Positions 12,121-24,470 of a stretch of DNA of 64,000 bases are shown piece by piece. The DNA is taken from positions 53,630,001 through 53,694,000 of the forward strand of contig NC_043006.1 in the NCBI RefSeq assembly GCF_006345805.1, written 5' to 3'. Every line of letters begins with the position of its first letter. Position 1 is the stretch's first letter. The notes beneath the pieces were generated by a model. The model did no database searches. It saw nothing but the letters and a program-made list of their open reading frames with translations, and was not told the DNA's origin. The DNA comes from Octopus sinensis (taxonomy: Eukaryota). A program made the position numbers and the translations under genes.

Positions 12121-12878
12121 TCATTTGAGGGGAAAGTTCGAGAGGCAACTTCCCCGCGGTCGTTTCCCTGGTCGCAATCACGGGCAATGTGCCCTGTCTG
12201 CCTGCATCGATAGCAAACGGGCCCCGGCTGCGTACAGTCCCGCGCCATGTGCGGTCCCTGGCATCTAAAACACCGTCCTGAGAATGGCCGCTCTCGTTGC
12301 ACGGTGAGCTTCTGTACCTCTTTCTCGGGACGTCGTCCGTCTTTACGCGCCTCCGTCACCACCATCGCTATCGCCTTCCGCCCAAAGTGTCTCGTCAATG
12401 CGCGAGCCTGAGCTACAAGTTCGCTCAATGACATCTTTTTAACCCCGGGCAGTCGTTGTAGGTGAATCCCTACATCGTCGGGGAACCCATTCACGAACGC
12501 CAGTCGGGCTGCTCTCTCCAGTCCTTCTCCGGCAAACCCGGCCAGAGTCGCTAGCCTTCTAGCTTCTGATGCAAAGTCGTCCACTTGGCCTCCCGTCCAC
12601 CTGATTGCACCTAGCTTAGCGAAAGCTGTGTACTCGCATTCCGTGTAGGCGTCACGCAAGCGTCGCTCTATATTCTCCTCGCTGAGCCGTTCCTCTTCAT
12701 CCATCTCTAGGTAGAGCGTCAATGCACTCCCTTCCAAATACAGCGCCATAAGACTCGCCACGTCGCTTATGCCCTGCAGTCTCGCCACCAGCCTGATTTT
12801 GCGAATCCAGGCCACTACATCGCCTTCGCCATTAAAAGGTCTGACGACGTCACTGGCGATCCTAATTTTTGCAGACAT
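12117..12878 (-). CDS. gag: Gag (253 aa) with two zinc knuckles
   Basis: CFRCQGPHMARDC (CX2CX3HX4C) and CYRCRQTGHIARDC (CX2CX4HX4C); first ORF after the 5' LTR. Confidence 0.92.
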   Translation of the reverse strand: MSAKIRIASDVVRPFNGEGDVVAWIRKIRLVARLQGISDVASLMALYLEGSALTLYLEMDEEERLSEENIERRLRDAYTECEYTAFAKLGAIRWTGGQVDDFASEARRLATLAGFAGEGLERAARLAFVNGFPDDVGIHLQRLPGVKKMSLSELVAQARALTRHFGRKAIAMVVTEARKDGRRPEKEVQKLTVQRERPFSGRCFRCQGPHMARDCTQPGPVCYRCRQTGHIARDCDQGNDRGEVASRTFPSNE

Positions 12879-12911
12879 CGTGTTGAAAAAAAATGCGAAT
12901 GTTTAAGAACG

Positions 12912-12923
12912 GCCGAAATAGCT
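12912..12923 (-). promoter_or_regulatory. Non-canonical primer-binding site AGCTATTTCGGC (complement of tRNA-Phe nt 1-12)
   Basis: Directly abuts the 5' LTR. Plus strand reads GCCGAAATAGCT, identical to the 5' 12 nt of vertebrate/insect tRNA-Phe-GAA as recalled. 11 of the 12 nt are repeated at the same position in element 2. Confidence 0.7.
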
Positions 12924-13201
12924 TGTAGTGAGTGCGCGATTTGAATATAGAGGCACCTACCTTCTCTTCGTAGTGACGGAGACCCTCCAGTGATGACTAG
13001 TCCTTCCTCACAGCCCCGACCCGAACACTAACGATAGCAGCTGCTAGCCCCAAACCCTTAGCGATGTCCTCACACGTCTTGTCACCTGCACGACCCACGT
13101 TGGAAAGGGCAATTTCCGCTCCCTGCGCATGCCTGACAGCTGACCCCTTCCGCTTGCCCCAGCTTCCGGTCAACGCACCCGGCTGCTGACGTCATCCCAC
13201 A
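12924..13201 (-). repeat. 5' LTR of gypsy element 1
   Basis: Direct repeat of 9056-9333; lies upstream of the gag ATG at 12878 on the minus strand. Confidence 0.95.
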
Positions 13202-13823
13202 CTTGTTTGAAAGGAGCTGAATATTAGCAACAGGAAAGGCATCTGACCATAGAAAATCTGCCTCAACAAATTCCATCTGACCTATACAAGCATGGAAAAG
13301 TGGACATTAAATGATGATGGTGATAACCTTTTGTGTCATCATAATATCTGTTATTTCTATTTCTATACTCACATAAAGAAGTGGTGCTTAGTGCATGAAA
13401 GAGTGCTGATCACATAAAATAGAGAGAAGTTGTGGAAAACAGAGACCCAGGAAAACATGGTACAAAGTATCGAAGGCTGTTCTCAAAACTCTGAGCCTTA
13501 CGAAAGATGACAGGTGACAGAGATATGTGGTACATTGCTGTATTCAAAGAGACCTGCCCACTACAACAGAATTTGTATCCTAAAATGAAGGGGCTTCATA
13601 AAAAGCATTGGGATTAGTGCTGGTGCCACATAAATAGCACTGGTGCTGGTGTCACTTAAAAAGCAGTCGTGATGGTACCACATAAAAACCACTGGTGATG
13701 GCGCCACTTAAAAAGTGCCCAGTACATTCTGCAAAGTGGTTGGTGTTAGGAAGGGCATCCAGCTGTAGAAACCAAGCCAAGCAGATTATGGGATCTTGTG
13801 CAGCCCTTGGCCTTATCAGTTCC

Positions 13824-14053
13824 TTATTTCTTTACTTCCCACAAGGGGCTACACACAGAGGGGACAAACAAGGACAGACAAACGGATTAAGTCAATTATA
13901 TCGACCCCAGTGCATAACTGGTACTTATTTAATCGACCCCGAAAGGATGAAAGGCAAAGTCGACCTCGGGGGAATTTGAACTCAGAACGTAGCGGCAGAC
14001 GAAATATTGCTCAGCATTTCGCCCGGTGTGCTAATGTTTCTGCCAGCTCGCCA
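13824..14053 (-). mobile_element. tRNA-derived SINE (family A, AAGGCGGCGAGCTGGCAGAA head)
   Basis: Many homologous copies in the window (e.g. 41941-42175, 61957-62160, 63160-63352, 63699-63915; decayed ones at 50985-51590 and 53240-53580). A/B-box-like head containing GAGTTCAAATTCC. Confidence 0.85.
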
Positions 14054-14809
14054 CTGGCAGAAACATTAGCCTTACCAGTCCCTGTCAAGCCATCCAACCC
14101 ATGCCAGCATGGAAAACAGATGTTAGGTGATGTTGATGATACTACTATTATTATCAAAGCCATTAGCATCATCATTAATAGCTCTTTCCTCAACTACCAT
14201 ACTTATTAGCATTGCTATTATAACTGTTATTTCTTTTGTCATAGCATTAGAATAATCATCATGTCTGTTATCTCTTTCTATTGTCGCCTGTAGCATCATT
14301 AAAAGAGCTTTTACCTCTATTACCATAGCTATCAGCATTATCATCATCATCATCATCATCGCCATTATTATCACTGTCATTTTTTTATTATTACTGTCAT
14401 TATTTTCACTATCACCACCATTGTATTTCCCTGTCTTGGTTATCATAATCACCACCACCATCACTGCCATCATTTCTATCTCTACTGCTACAATCACTCC
14501 TACTGCTACTAGTACTTCACCATGAAGATTATCATATAAACTATTGAGGGAGCCACTACATGATAACTCTAAATGCTAGATATAGCAGCCAGATGCCTTT
14601 CAAGTTGCTCCTACTGCTTGAATTAAGAAAAGGGTACTTTAGATAAAGAAGTCCTGCACATACCTACGAAGACAAGATGTTCTAAAATGCCTCTGATCAT
14701 AATTCTGCTTGATCAGGGCTGACCTAGATCTAAATAATAACAGTATTATCATATATTTGGTGTAAAATTATTTACACACACATGCACACACATACACGCA
14801 TATAAAAAT

Positions 14810-15400
14810 AATAATGAAATTATTGTGTATAGTGCTCGGGTGCACTACAATTCATCAAAAGTGCATGTACAGTACATTGAATTAAGTACAAATGTCAGGA
14901 AAGTGAACAGTGTATGAGCCATGATATACATGTGTGCATGCCTATGGAGGGAAGGATATCAGGTGTAGTGTTGGCGAATTTCAGGAAGCATGGATGTTCT
15001 AAATGATGTGATGTCTTGGCAGCTAACAACTGATGCAGGTAGTTTGTTCCATACTTCAGCAACTCTTGAGTGTGAAAAAATGTTTCCAAAAGTCATGGGA
15101 GCTGTACTGTTTTTTGACTTTGTAGGCATGCCCACATGTGTTAGACACATGGAGTTCCAAAATGTGCTCAAAGTGATTGTTGGCACAATGGTTAATAATT
15201 TTGTGGTTGTTTACTAAGTCAGTTACCAGACGTTGGAGCTTCAGTGTATCTATGCCTAGGGAAGCAAGGCATTCAGAGTATGGTAGATGCCTGATTGAAA
15301 GTATTTGCTTGGTTGCACATCTCTGAACAGTTTCTAGGAGGTCAGTATCCTGAGCAAGATAGGGGTTCCAGACTCGTGATGCAGACTGTTTGTTTTCACT
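14810..15400 (-). mobile_element. CR1-group LINE 3' fragment
   Basis: Homologous to 62480-63160, 34912-35345 and 48061-48366 ([14 protein letters not shown] motif), with an (AAT)n tail. Confidence 0.85.
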
Positions 15401-16093
15401 GTCCTGTTTATGTTACCTATTTTGACCCTCTGCAAAATCCCAATTTTTATTTAATTTGCTTTGTGGGAGCAACTGTTTTATCAAAAACATATATTGTTGT
15501 TAAATGCTCGAAATACAAGACTAGAGAAACAGCCAACAACTGAGGAAGGGTCGTTCTTTATATTTGTTTTGTTTTCCATTTGTGTCTTTCATTGTTCAAA
15601 TCAATAGTTCATCTTCCATGTACTCATGCTTCATACTTTTCTGTTGTACACGTTTCATGACGTCCTGTGCCCACATATGCATATATACACATGATGGGCT
15701 TCTTTCAGTTTCCACCTACAAATTCCATTTACGAGGTTTTGATTGGCCCAAGGCTATAGTAGAAGACATTTGCCTTTCGCCCCAGGTGCCACTCAGTGGG
15801 ACTGAACCTGGAACCATGTGGTTGAGAAGCAAACTTCTTACTACTCAAACCACCCCAGCATCTACACACTGTGTGTGTGTGTGTGTAACCTTTATACAGG
15901 TGTGTGGTTCACCTTCACCTTGAACTAACCCTTGGTGTGTCAAGACAGATTTAGAATAAATGTCTAGTGCCATCATTGTTTAATATTTTACTTGTGTGTT
16001 GACATTCGATGGACAGCTGAGTGTGATTTCTCCACCAGTTCAACTTTGTGTTTGACAATTCAGCTCCTGTTGAAAGCATGAAAAACAAGTCCT

Positions 16094-16207
<114 letters not shown>

Positions 16208-17003
16208 CATAAACATCTCAATGTACCATCCATGCTGGGTAAATAAGTAACTCTCTCATCTGAGCTACATCTTAGGACTGCTACGCCTCATCTTTAACAC
16301 CCTCTCTTATTTTCTATCATTCTCATCACCCTGTAGCTTCCATTAAGCCCCTTTGACCTCCATCTCTGTCCCTGTAGACAAACACATAGGACTGGGAGAA
16401 GTGGGGGGGGGCACATTAAAGGATTGACTTAGGACTTTGAATATCTTCACTCTAGACCCATATATATTGTTAAGTATGTCATAGAACTGCTTTTATTGCA
16501 TAATTCAAATTTTATTCTGCTTATGTTGCACCTTTGCAAACCAGTGTGTAGTTTATACATTCTCTGTATATACTTCAGACTAGCTGATTTGATTTCATTT
16601 TGGAAATGACATGAGTGTGTGACATTAAGAAGCAACAACAATGGCAAATTACATATCTATCACTCTCGCTGTCACTTCTGGGGTAATTTCATTTTGCTTA
16701 GCTCTGTAGTATATTGTTTCTTAACACAACACATGTATGAAGGTATTTTTCCTTGATGAAACCACAGCCTCTGGCTGTTCAACTACACATCTACATTGAG
16801 TATGACATTTTGATAAAGTTTTTGTGTTGTTGAATATCTATCTGTTTTAACTGGGGGGAAAAAAAATTAATGTCACAAAACAAATAGATAAAAATAAGAA
16901 ATTAACTGTGAACCACCTTTCAATAATGGCTGTCGTAGCAGTTCTTGGGTCAATATCCAAATAATAGACTAATGGAGTTTGTGTTCATACGTTTATATAC
17001 ATT

Positions 17004-17375
17004 ACTAGCAGTATCGCCTGGCGTTGCTCAGCTTTGTTTCGACCCTTTAGAATTGGAATTTTTGAAAAGTAAAAATTTTGCATTATGTAGTGAACATTTT
17101 TCTGGTTGAAATACACTGAAAAATGACGACACAGCAGTCAAAAAATCATAAAAAATAGGGATTTTCATGGAAAAAAGCACCTTTTTTTATGTAAATAATT
17201 TTTGGTCTTAACATGGTCCGATTTGAATTTTATCTTCTACGGAATGAAAAGCAGGCCTTCTTCTATCATACTCTCAATTTTGGTCAGCTTGCACCGCAAG
17301 GTCTTGGAGGAGATAGTGTTAGTTGAAGGCTACCAAACTTACCACACACAAACAACTTCGGCTTTATATACATTA
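17004..17375 (-). mobile_element. Non-autonomous Helitron-like element
   Basis: The minus-strand 3' end is CTAG(T), preceded by a short GC hairpin (CGCC-N-GGCG). The other end is a TTTATATA-type tract, and there are no TIRs. These are established Helitron terminal features. Confidence 0.6.
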
Positions 17376-17770
17376 TTATCCTTAACATTTGCTTTTCCAT
17401 TATGGCATGGGTGGGACAGACCTTCTCCACCACAGCATCTTGCCATTTTGTTGTAGCCTATGGTTATCTTCTTAATGGAGCCTAGCAATCTGAGATAAGA
17501 CTTCTTTACCACTTAGTGTATATGCATATGTGTTTTTATGTAATTCATAAATATGTATTGCAGGGGTGGCTGTATGGTTAAGAAGCTTGCTTCTCAACAA
17601 TATGGTCTTGGGTTCAGTCCCATAGCATGGCTCTCGAGCAAATGTCTTCTATTATAGTCCCAGGCCAACCAAAGCTTTGTGAGTGGATTTGATTGATGGA
17701 AACTAAAAATAAGCTCATCATGTATGTATGTGTGTGTGTGTATGTGTGTGTGTATATATGTATGTATGTA

Positions 17771-17832
<62 letters not shown>

Positions 17833-19084
17833 TATACATATATATATATAATGCAGGGGTGGGAGCTGTGAGATTCTATGTGTGTTCTTATCTAGACGTC
17901 ATGTGGTGCTTGTAAATGAGAATCATCATCATACAGGCAAGGTTGTTTAAATCCAATCTTCCATGGGAAAGTATTACCTTGCTTGAAAACAGAAGAAGGT
18001 TGGTGATAAGAAAGTCACCTGGCCATAGAGAACCTGCCTCAGCAAAATTCCAGATCACTCAGGCATGTGTGGCAAAATGAACATTAAATAATGATATTCT
18101 GTTGTATCTCAGGATGGTCAGTTATGCCAATAATAAATACGTAGTCTGGTTCTACTTCACTTCCTTAGTTTTATTTAACCAATTTAGTAATTGATTGTTT
18201 GATTAATCATTCAGTCAATCATTCGAGTCATCATTCATGACCTCATCAATGACATACCGTCTCTACTCCAGGTTTGTGAATGGCAACAAAAGGACTTTCT
18301 AAAGGATATATCTAACTGATTGAGTTACCAAATGATTAATGAAACATCATCATCATCATTTAACATGTTTTCCATGCTGTCATGGGTTGGATGATCTGAC
18401 CGGAATTGGCAAGCTGGAGAGCTGCACCAGGTTCTAGTCTGATCTGGTTTGGTTTCTATGGCTGGATGCCCTTCCTAATGCCAACTGCTTTACAAAGTGA
18501 GCTAGAATCTTTTAACAAAGCACCAGCACAAGTTCTGTTATAAGGCACTGGTACAGGACTCTTACAGGCCAATCCTCTTCACCAGAGAATGCAACCTTAA
18601 CTTCTGCTGTGGAAGATGGGTCTTCTTGAGTGCAAAGACCATTGGTTAGATCGGTTAGATAATTGGTTAAATACTTAATCAATTGACAAATAAAAATAAA
18701 TGAAATAGAACCAGTGTATCTATCATTAGCATAATGACCTTGCTGTGATGCAACAGAATATGTTTCAACAAATGAGTTTGAATCAATTCCTGCAAAACCA
18801 AACACACAAATGAAATATGTATACATATCTTTTTTTTATTTATCTCTTACTTGATTGAGTCATCAAACTGTGGTCATGCTGGGGCACTACCTTGAACAGT
18901 TCAGTTAAATAAATCGACCTTAGTACTTATCTTTTTTTAACGTTTGATAAGTTATTGTCAGTCTCTTTTACTGAACCACTAGGTTATGGAAAATATAAAC
19001 AAATTGTGGGAGATAACTACACCAATAGTGGGGAGCAGACACACACACACACACAGACATACAACAGGCTTTCTCACAGTTTTC

Positions 19085-19960
19085 AACTGAGATCAAAAGA
19101 AAAATATTTACTTTGAAGAAATGTGCTAGCACAGCAAATTTAATCTAGTCCATTGTAGCAAGGAGTGGCTGTGTGGTAAGTAGCTTGCTTACCAACCACA
19201 TGGTTCCGGGTTCAATCCCACTGCGTGGCACCTTGGGCAAGTAGAAGCTACTATAGCCTCGGGCCAACCAAAGCCTTGTGAGTGGATTTGGTAGACGGAA
19301 ACTGAAAGAAGCCCATCGTATATATGTATGTGTGTGTCTGTGTTTGTCTCCCCAACATTACTTGACAACCAATGCTGGTGTGTTTACATCCCCGTAACTT
19401 AGCAATTTCGGCAAAAGAGACCAATAGAATAAGTACTAAGCTTACAAAGAATAAATCCTGGGGTCGATTTGCTCAACTAAAGGCGGTGCTCCAGCATGGC
19501 TGCAGTCAAATGACTGAAACAAGTAAAAGAGTACCAAATTCACAGAAAACACAGGTGCCTAGCCTAAATATATACCTGTTTAGAAGAATTATAAGTAATC
19601 CAAATTCAGATGAATGGGTAAGTAGACATGTGATATATGTGTATGAGAAAATGTGGTTTTGAAAATCTCCCTGAAATCACAAATCAATATGAGCAGAAAG
19701 AATAGTTATCAACTAAATGTATTACATGGCTATTTTTATTATTTTTGTTTATTATTATTTCTTTCTATATCCTCAAGAGCTACTGGGAATATATGCAGCT
19801 GTAGTTTCTACATAAATAATTTTGGTATATATTACTGCAGTAGATGAACCACTAGCAACCTCCCCACTCTTCCTGGCCACCACTTGCTACAATGAACTAG
19901 ATTAAATTTGCTGTGCTAGCACGTTTCTTCAAAGTAAATATTTTCCTTTTGATCTCAGTT
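19085..19960. repeat. 78-bp inverted repeat pair (19085-19162 / 19883-19960) enclosing a SINE
   Basis: The arms are reverse complements with 3 mismatches. Confidence 0.9.
19160..19528 (+). mobile_element. tRNA-derived SINE (family B, GGAGTGGCTGTGTGGTAAG head; ...GACTGAAACAAGTAAAAGA tail)
   Basis: Homologous copies at 21100-21490 (-), 22020-22260 (-, partial), 34350-34690, 38390-38730 and 17560-17730. Confidence 0.85.
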
Positions 19961-22431
19961 TTGTTATTATTTAACCCCAGGTCACCTCTTCATAGAGTAG
20001 ACCCATGTTCAAAAGCTTTCCAGATATGATCAGCCTGTCATTTCTTCTTTTCAAGCACTACATTATACTTCATGTCCCTTTTTCTTTCAGACATTACACT
20101 GGTATGAGGGAGATTTAATTGCTATTTCTAGCAGGTCAAGCAGCCATGTAGAAGTTGTTGTTTAGTGCTAATCCAGCATTTGATCAAAGTCATTCCAGCT
20201 ATGACTATCACATGCTTTTACATATCAAGATGCATATTGTCTGACATCCCTTTCTTTTTAAAATGCTATGGTGTGATTTTCAGTAGATTTGACTGCTATT
20301 ATTTCTATGTAGCTTTGTACCACATAGAAGCCATTTTGTTGGTTCAACTCCGTTGTTGTTTATCATGATGCCAATAAGTTCATCTTGCTTCAAACAACAA
20401 CCATTTCTCATTCAAATCACTCTCTACTATTTGAAGAAGAAAAAAAAGGCGCACTGGATTATATAGTCCTAGATACATTGTCACAGTTAGGACAGGTTTG
20501 ATAAATACGTCTGCTGGATCAAAACTGACTTGGAATTAAATAATAACACGAGAAATAGTTTCCACTGGTACTACCACATCCACTAGCTTCTCCAATATGT
20601 GGCTATTTGTAACAAGATATAGGTCGGTAATTCTCAGCCTTATTCCTGGATTTCTTCATTTAGTTTGAGAGAAAGGATAAAGAGTGATAGTTCAACTTCT
20701 AATATTTTCAACAAGGACTAAATTATTTATTTTGTTATTTTTTTTCTGCTAACTGAAGTGGCTTTCATTCATTCAGTTTCTTAAGTGTCTGGATGCTATT
20801 TGTGTAAGATAGATGACTTTCGAAACCGCAAACTGGACACTATTATAAACACACACATATCGAGGACTCATTGATTTTAACTTTGTGTCTAACATCGCAT
20901 ACAGCATTTACAGCAAGTGGAACTGTCAGGAAAGTTCCAGTTTACTTGCTTTTTTTTTTTTGAGTGGGGAGGGGTTCTTTTAGGGAATTAGGAATGTTAC
21001 TGAAAACATAATTGAATATTGAGATGAGCATTAAAGTTGGATATCTTTTGTAATATCAGTTACTGACTTAAAGCCATGTCATCATCATTTAATATCTCTC
21101 TCTTTTCTCTTTTTACTTGTTTCAGTCATTTTGACTGCGGCCATGCTGGTGCACCACCTTTAATCGAGCAACTCGACCCCGGGACTTATTCTTTGTAAGC
21201 CCAGTACTTATTCTATCGGTCTCTTTTGCCGAACCGCTAAGTGACGGGGACATAAACACACCAGCATCGGTTGTCAAGCAATGCTAGGGGGACAAACACA
21301 GACACACAAACATACACGCACATACATATATATACATATATACAACGGGCTTCTTTTAGTTTCTGTCTTCCAAATCCACTCACAAGGCTTTGGTCGGCCC
21401 GAGACTATAGTAGAAGACACTTGCCCAAGGTGCCACGCAGTGGGACTGAACCCGGAACCATGTGGTTGGTAAACAAGCTACTTACCACACAGCCACTCCT
21501 GCACCTAAAATTTTTGTTGTGTCTTCCATTCTGTTTTCCATACTGGCATGGTTTTTATGACGAGATGCCCTTCCTAACACCAACCACTTTACAGAGTGTA
21601 CTGGGTGTCTTATACATCATATATGCGTTTTGCATGGCACCTGCACAGGTGCTTTATATGTGGCACTGGCATGGGTGTTTTTTTATGTAAAACTGGTACC
21701 TTGTGGTAGACAAAAACTGAAAGAAGACTGTCATGCGGGTGTGGGTGTGTAAGTATTGTGTGGATGTATATCTCCTAATCTTGACATTGCACGATAATAG
21801 TAAATGAATGTCACTGTCATACAAGCAGTGTCATTTATTTCCAACCTTCCATGGAAACATGTCAAGTCAGGGGAAAGTATTAACTTGCTTGGAAACTAGT
21901 GATGGTCAGCAACTAGAATGGCATCTAGCCATAGAAACCCTACCTCAATGAACTCCATCTGACCCATGAAGCATGGTAAAGTGAACGTTAAAACAATGAT
22001 GATGATGATGATGACGACAACTCTTTTACTTTTTTATTCTTTTACTCTTTTACTTGTTTCAGTCATTTGACTGCGGCCATGCTGGAGCACCGCCTTTAGT
22101 TGAGCAAATCGACCCCGGGACTTATTCTTTGTAAGCTCAGTACTTATTCTATCGGTCTCTTTTGCCGAACCGCTAAGTGACGGGGACGTAAACACACCAG
22201 CATCGGTTGTCAAGCAAGGCATTGGTCAGCCCGGGGCTATAGCAGAAGACACTTGCCCATGATAGCCATAAAAATGGTGTTAATATATACTTTATCAGAT
22301 AGATTAGCTGTGAAAAGTACAGGGTTCCATAGCTCCTGCAATATAGTTTAACCTTGAAAACTCCTTGTTTTATTTTGATTTCACTTGATGTGTTTAACTT
22401 GATCTCAGTTTCTCATGTTTATTTCGCACAG

Positions 22432-22794
22432 GTTGAAACTCTGACAGAAACAATCCATCAAAAGGATTTCCTCTTGGAGAAGTTAACCTACCAGTGCCAA
22501 CATCTTGAGACCATTCTTGGTTACCAAAGTTCTCTACGGGATCTCCTTGAGACAATGGAATCTTCCAGCATAAGTGTCGATAGTGCAAGAATGACACGTC
22601 CTCTTTCAGAGAATTCTACCTCTCTGAAGAACGGAGACATTGAAAACTCTTCACCATTCCCTTCATCGTCATCTTCTTCCTCGCACAAGGCGGTTCTAGA
22701 ATATTCTGTGACTGAATTCAGTGACAACGAGTCACCTGTGAATGAGCGTAAAAAAAAGAATTTTACTACTAAAGACAAGGAATATTATCTATAA
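22432..22794 (+). CDS. VMAC: VMAC-like protein, coding exon 2 (120 aa plus stop; total 196 aa)
   Basis: Acceptor TTTCGCACAG| at 22431, phase 0. The joined peptide DTEVKVLDMRLRDLEKD-VETLTETIHQKD aligns without gaps to human VMAC DREIATLQEQLMTSEAT-VHSLQATVHQRD. Ser-rich tail, TAA at 22792-22794. Confidence 0.78.
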   Translation, partial: VETLTETIHQKDFLLEKLTYQCQHLETILGYQSSLRDLLETMESSSISVDSARMTRPLSENSTSLKNGDIENSSPFPSSSSSSSHKAVLEYSVTEFSDNESPVNERKKKNFTTKDKEYYL

Positions 22795-23071
22795 AAAATA
22801 TTATTTATAAAAGCATTATTCATGAAAAAGAAAGAATACAAGCTAGGGATATTTAGCTATTATCTACTTGAATACACTTTTACTTGTGTGTTCATGTGTT
22901 TTTATGTTCAGAAATGTAAAACACTTCAAGGAACCTGTGTATTCACTTAAGATCCCATCTGTGCTACAATGATGTGGATCTTTTGAGTAGAAGAAAGGAT
23001 CCTTGAATAGAAGTCTGCTAGAATATTAATCTGTTTTTATCCTTGTCCTTCTCTTTTTCTCTCTTTCTCTT

Positions 23072-23164
<93 letters not shown>

Positions 23165-24470
23165 GTATATGTATGTATGCATGTAAAACGTATACACAGT
23201 TACCTCTATAATACTGGTAATAATTATTTTTTACATTCCACATTTCATTTCCAAATTAACTTAAACGCTTGATTTGCATATTACTGCAGCATCACAGTAC
23301 AGCAATCAAACAACTAAACAGCTAATGATTTTTTTTTTTTTTTTGTTTCCTTCTAAAACATAAATGTTCCATTTTGTGGGTCAGGCAAAGGTAGAAAAGA
23401 AAAGCATATGCTTTTCTTTTCGTTATTTATTCCTTTTCTTTTTTAACTTTTTATTGATCTTACTAATTTATTGTTTATTTCATTTGTTTTTTATAAGCTT
23501 GTACAATGGGACATTAGACACCTCTTGTAACGTCTGGTAGGAAAAAAAAACAAAAACAAAATAGAACATATTTTACCCTTCAAGGTTTCAACACCTTAAA
23601 TTGAAGTCTTGATTGGACTCAACATGTTATTACCAAGAATGCGGTATAAGTGAATTTAAAAGACTGAAGTTTCAGTAATATAACAATGCTTATAATGGTT
23701 CATGTAGATAATGGTGGTGGTGGTGATAATAATAATAATAATAATAATAATATAATAATAATAATAATAATAATGGCTTTAAATTTTGGTACAAGATCAG
23801 CAATTTTAGGGGAAGGGGTTAGTCAGTTACATTGACTCCAGTACTTCTTGGCTGGTACTTTGTTTTTTCAACCCCAGAGAGCTAAAAGGCAAAGTTGACC
23901 TTGGCACGATTTGAGCTCAGAACCTAAAGAACAAGGACAAATAGCACTAGATATTTTGTCCTATTATCTATTAGTTTTGCCTATCCACCACTTAATCATC
24001 ATTTCAGCATCCACTCTTCCATTTTTGTACAGATCAAATGAAGTTTGTCGAGGCAGATTTTCTACAACTTGATAACAATCCCCATAATAGGTGTCTTTGG
24101 AATGATTAAAAAAAAATTAGATATAAACATGCAGGAAAAGAACAATATTAAACACTACACATATTGAATACACTAGGAATCACAAAACATACAGAAAAAT
24201 AGTACAACTAACTACTGTGTGTATGGTGGCACGTAACAGTATCCACTACACTGTTGGATTGGTTGGCATTAGGAAGGGCATCCAGCTGTAGAAACTCTGC
24301 CAGATCAAGATTGGAGCCTGGTGCAGCCATCTGGTTCACCAGTCCTCAGTCAAATTGTCTAACCCATGCTAGCATGGAAAGAAAACGTTAAACGATGATG
24401 ATATATATATATGTAACGATGATGATGATGATGTGTGTGTGTGTTGTTGTTGTGGCTGAGGAGGGTCATT

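Larger units (their letters stand above)
9056..13201 (-). mobile_element. Full-length Ty3/gypsy LTR retrotransposon (4146 bp), antisense in the VMAC intron
   Basis: 278-bp LTRs at 9056-9333 and 12924-13201 (TG...CA, 5 substitutions). 5-bp TSD CTTGT at 9051-9055 and 13202-13206. Domain order gag-PR-RT-RNaseH-IN (gypsy order). Confidence 0.97.

Noticed and set aside
9485-12268. Plus-strand ORFs 9485..9940, 9666..10196, 10505..10882, 11584..11907, 11768..12268 as antisense genes
   Set aside because: They are shadows of GC-rich pol coding sequence, with no recognisable motifs.
12879-12923. Canonical tRNA 3'-end PBS or Tf1-type self-priming for element 1
   Set aside because: There is no TGG-initiated tract after the LTR. 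I found no complement of the motif in the element's own LTR (closest is AGCTTCCGG, a poor match), and the unrelated LTR of element 2 shares the motif.
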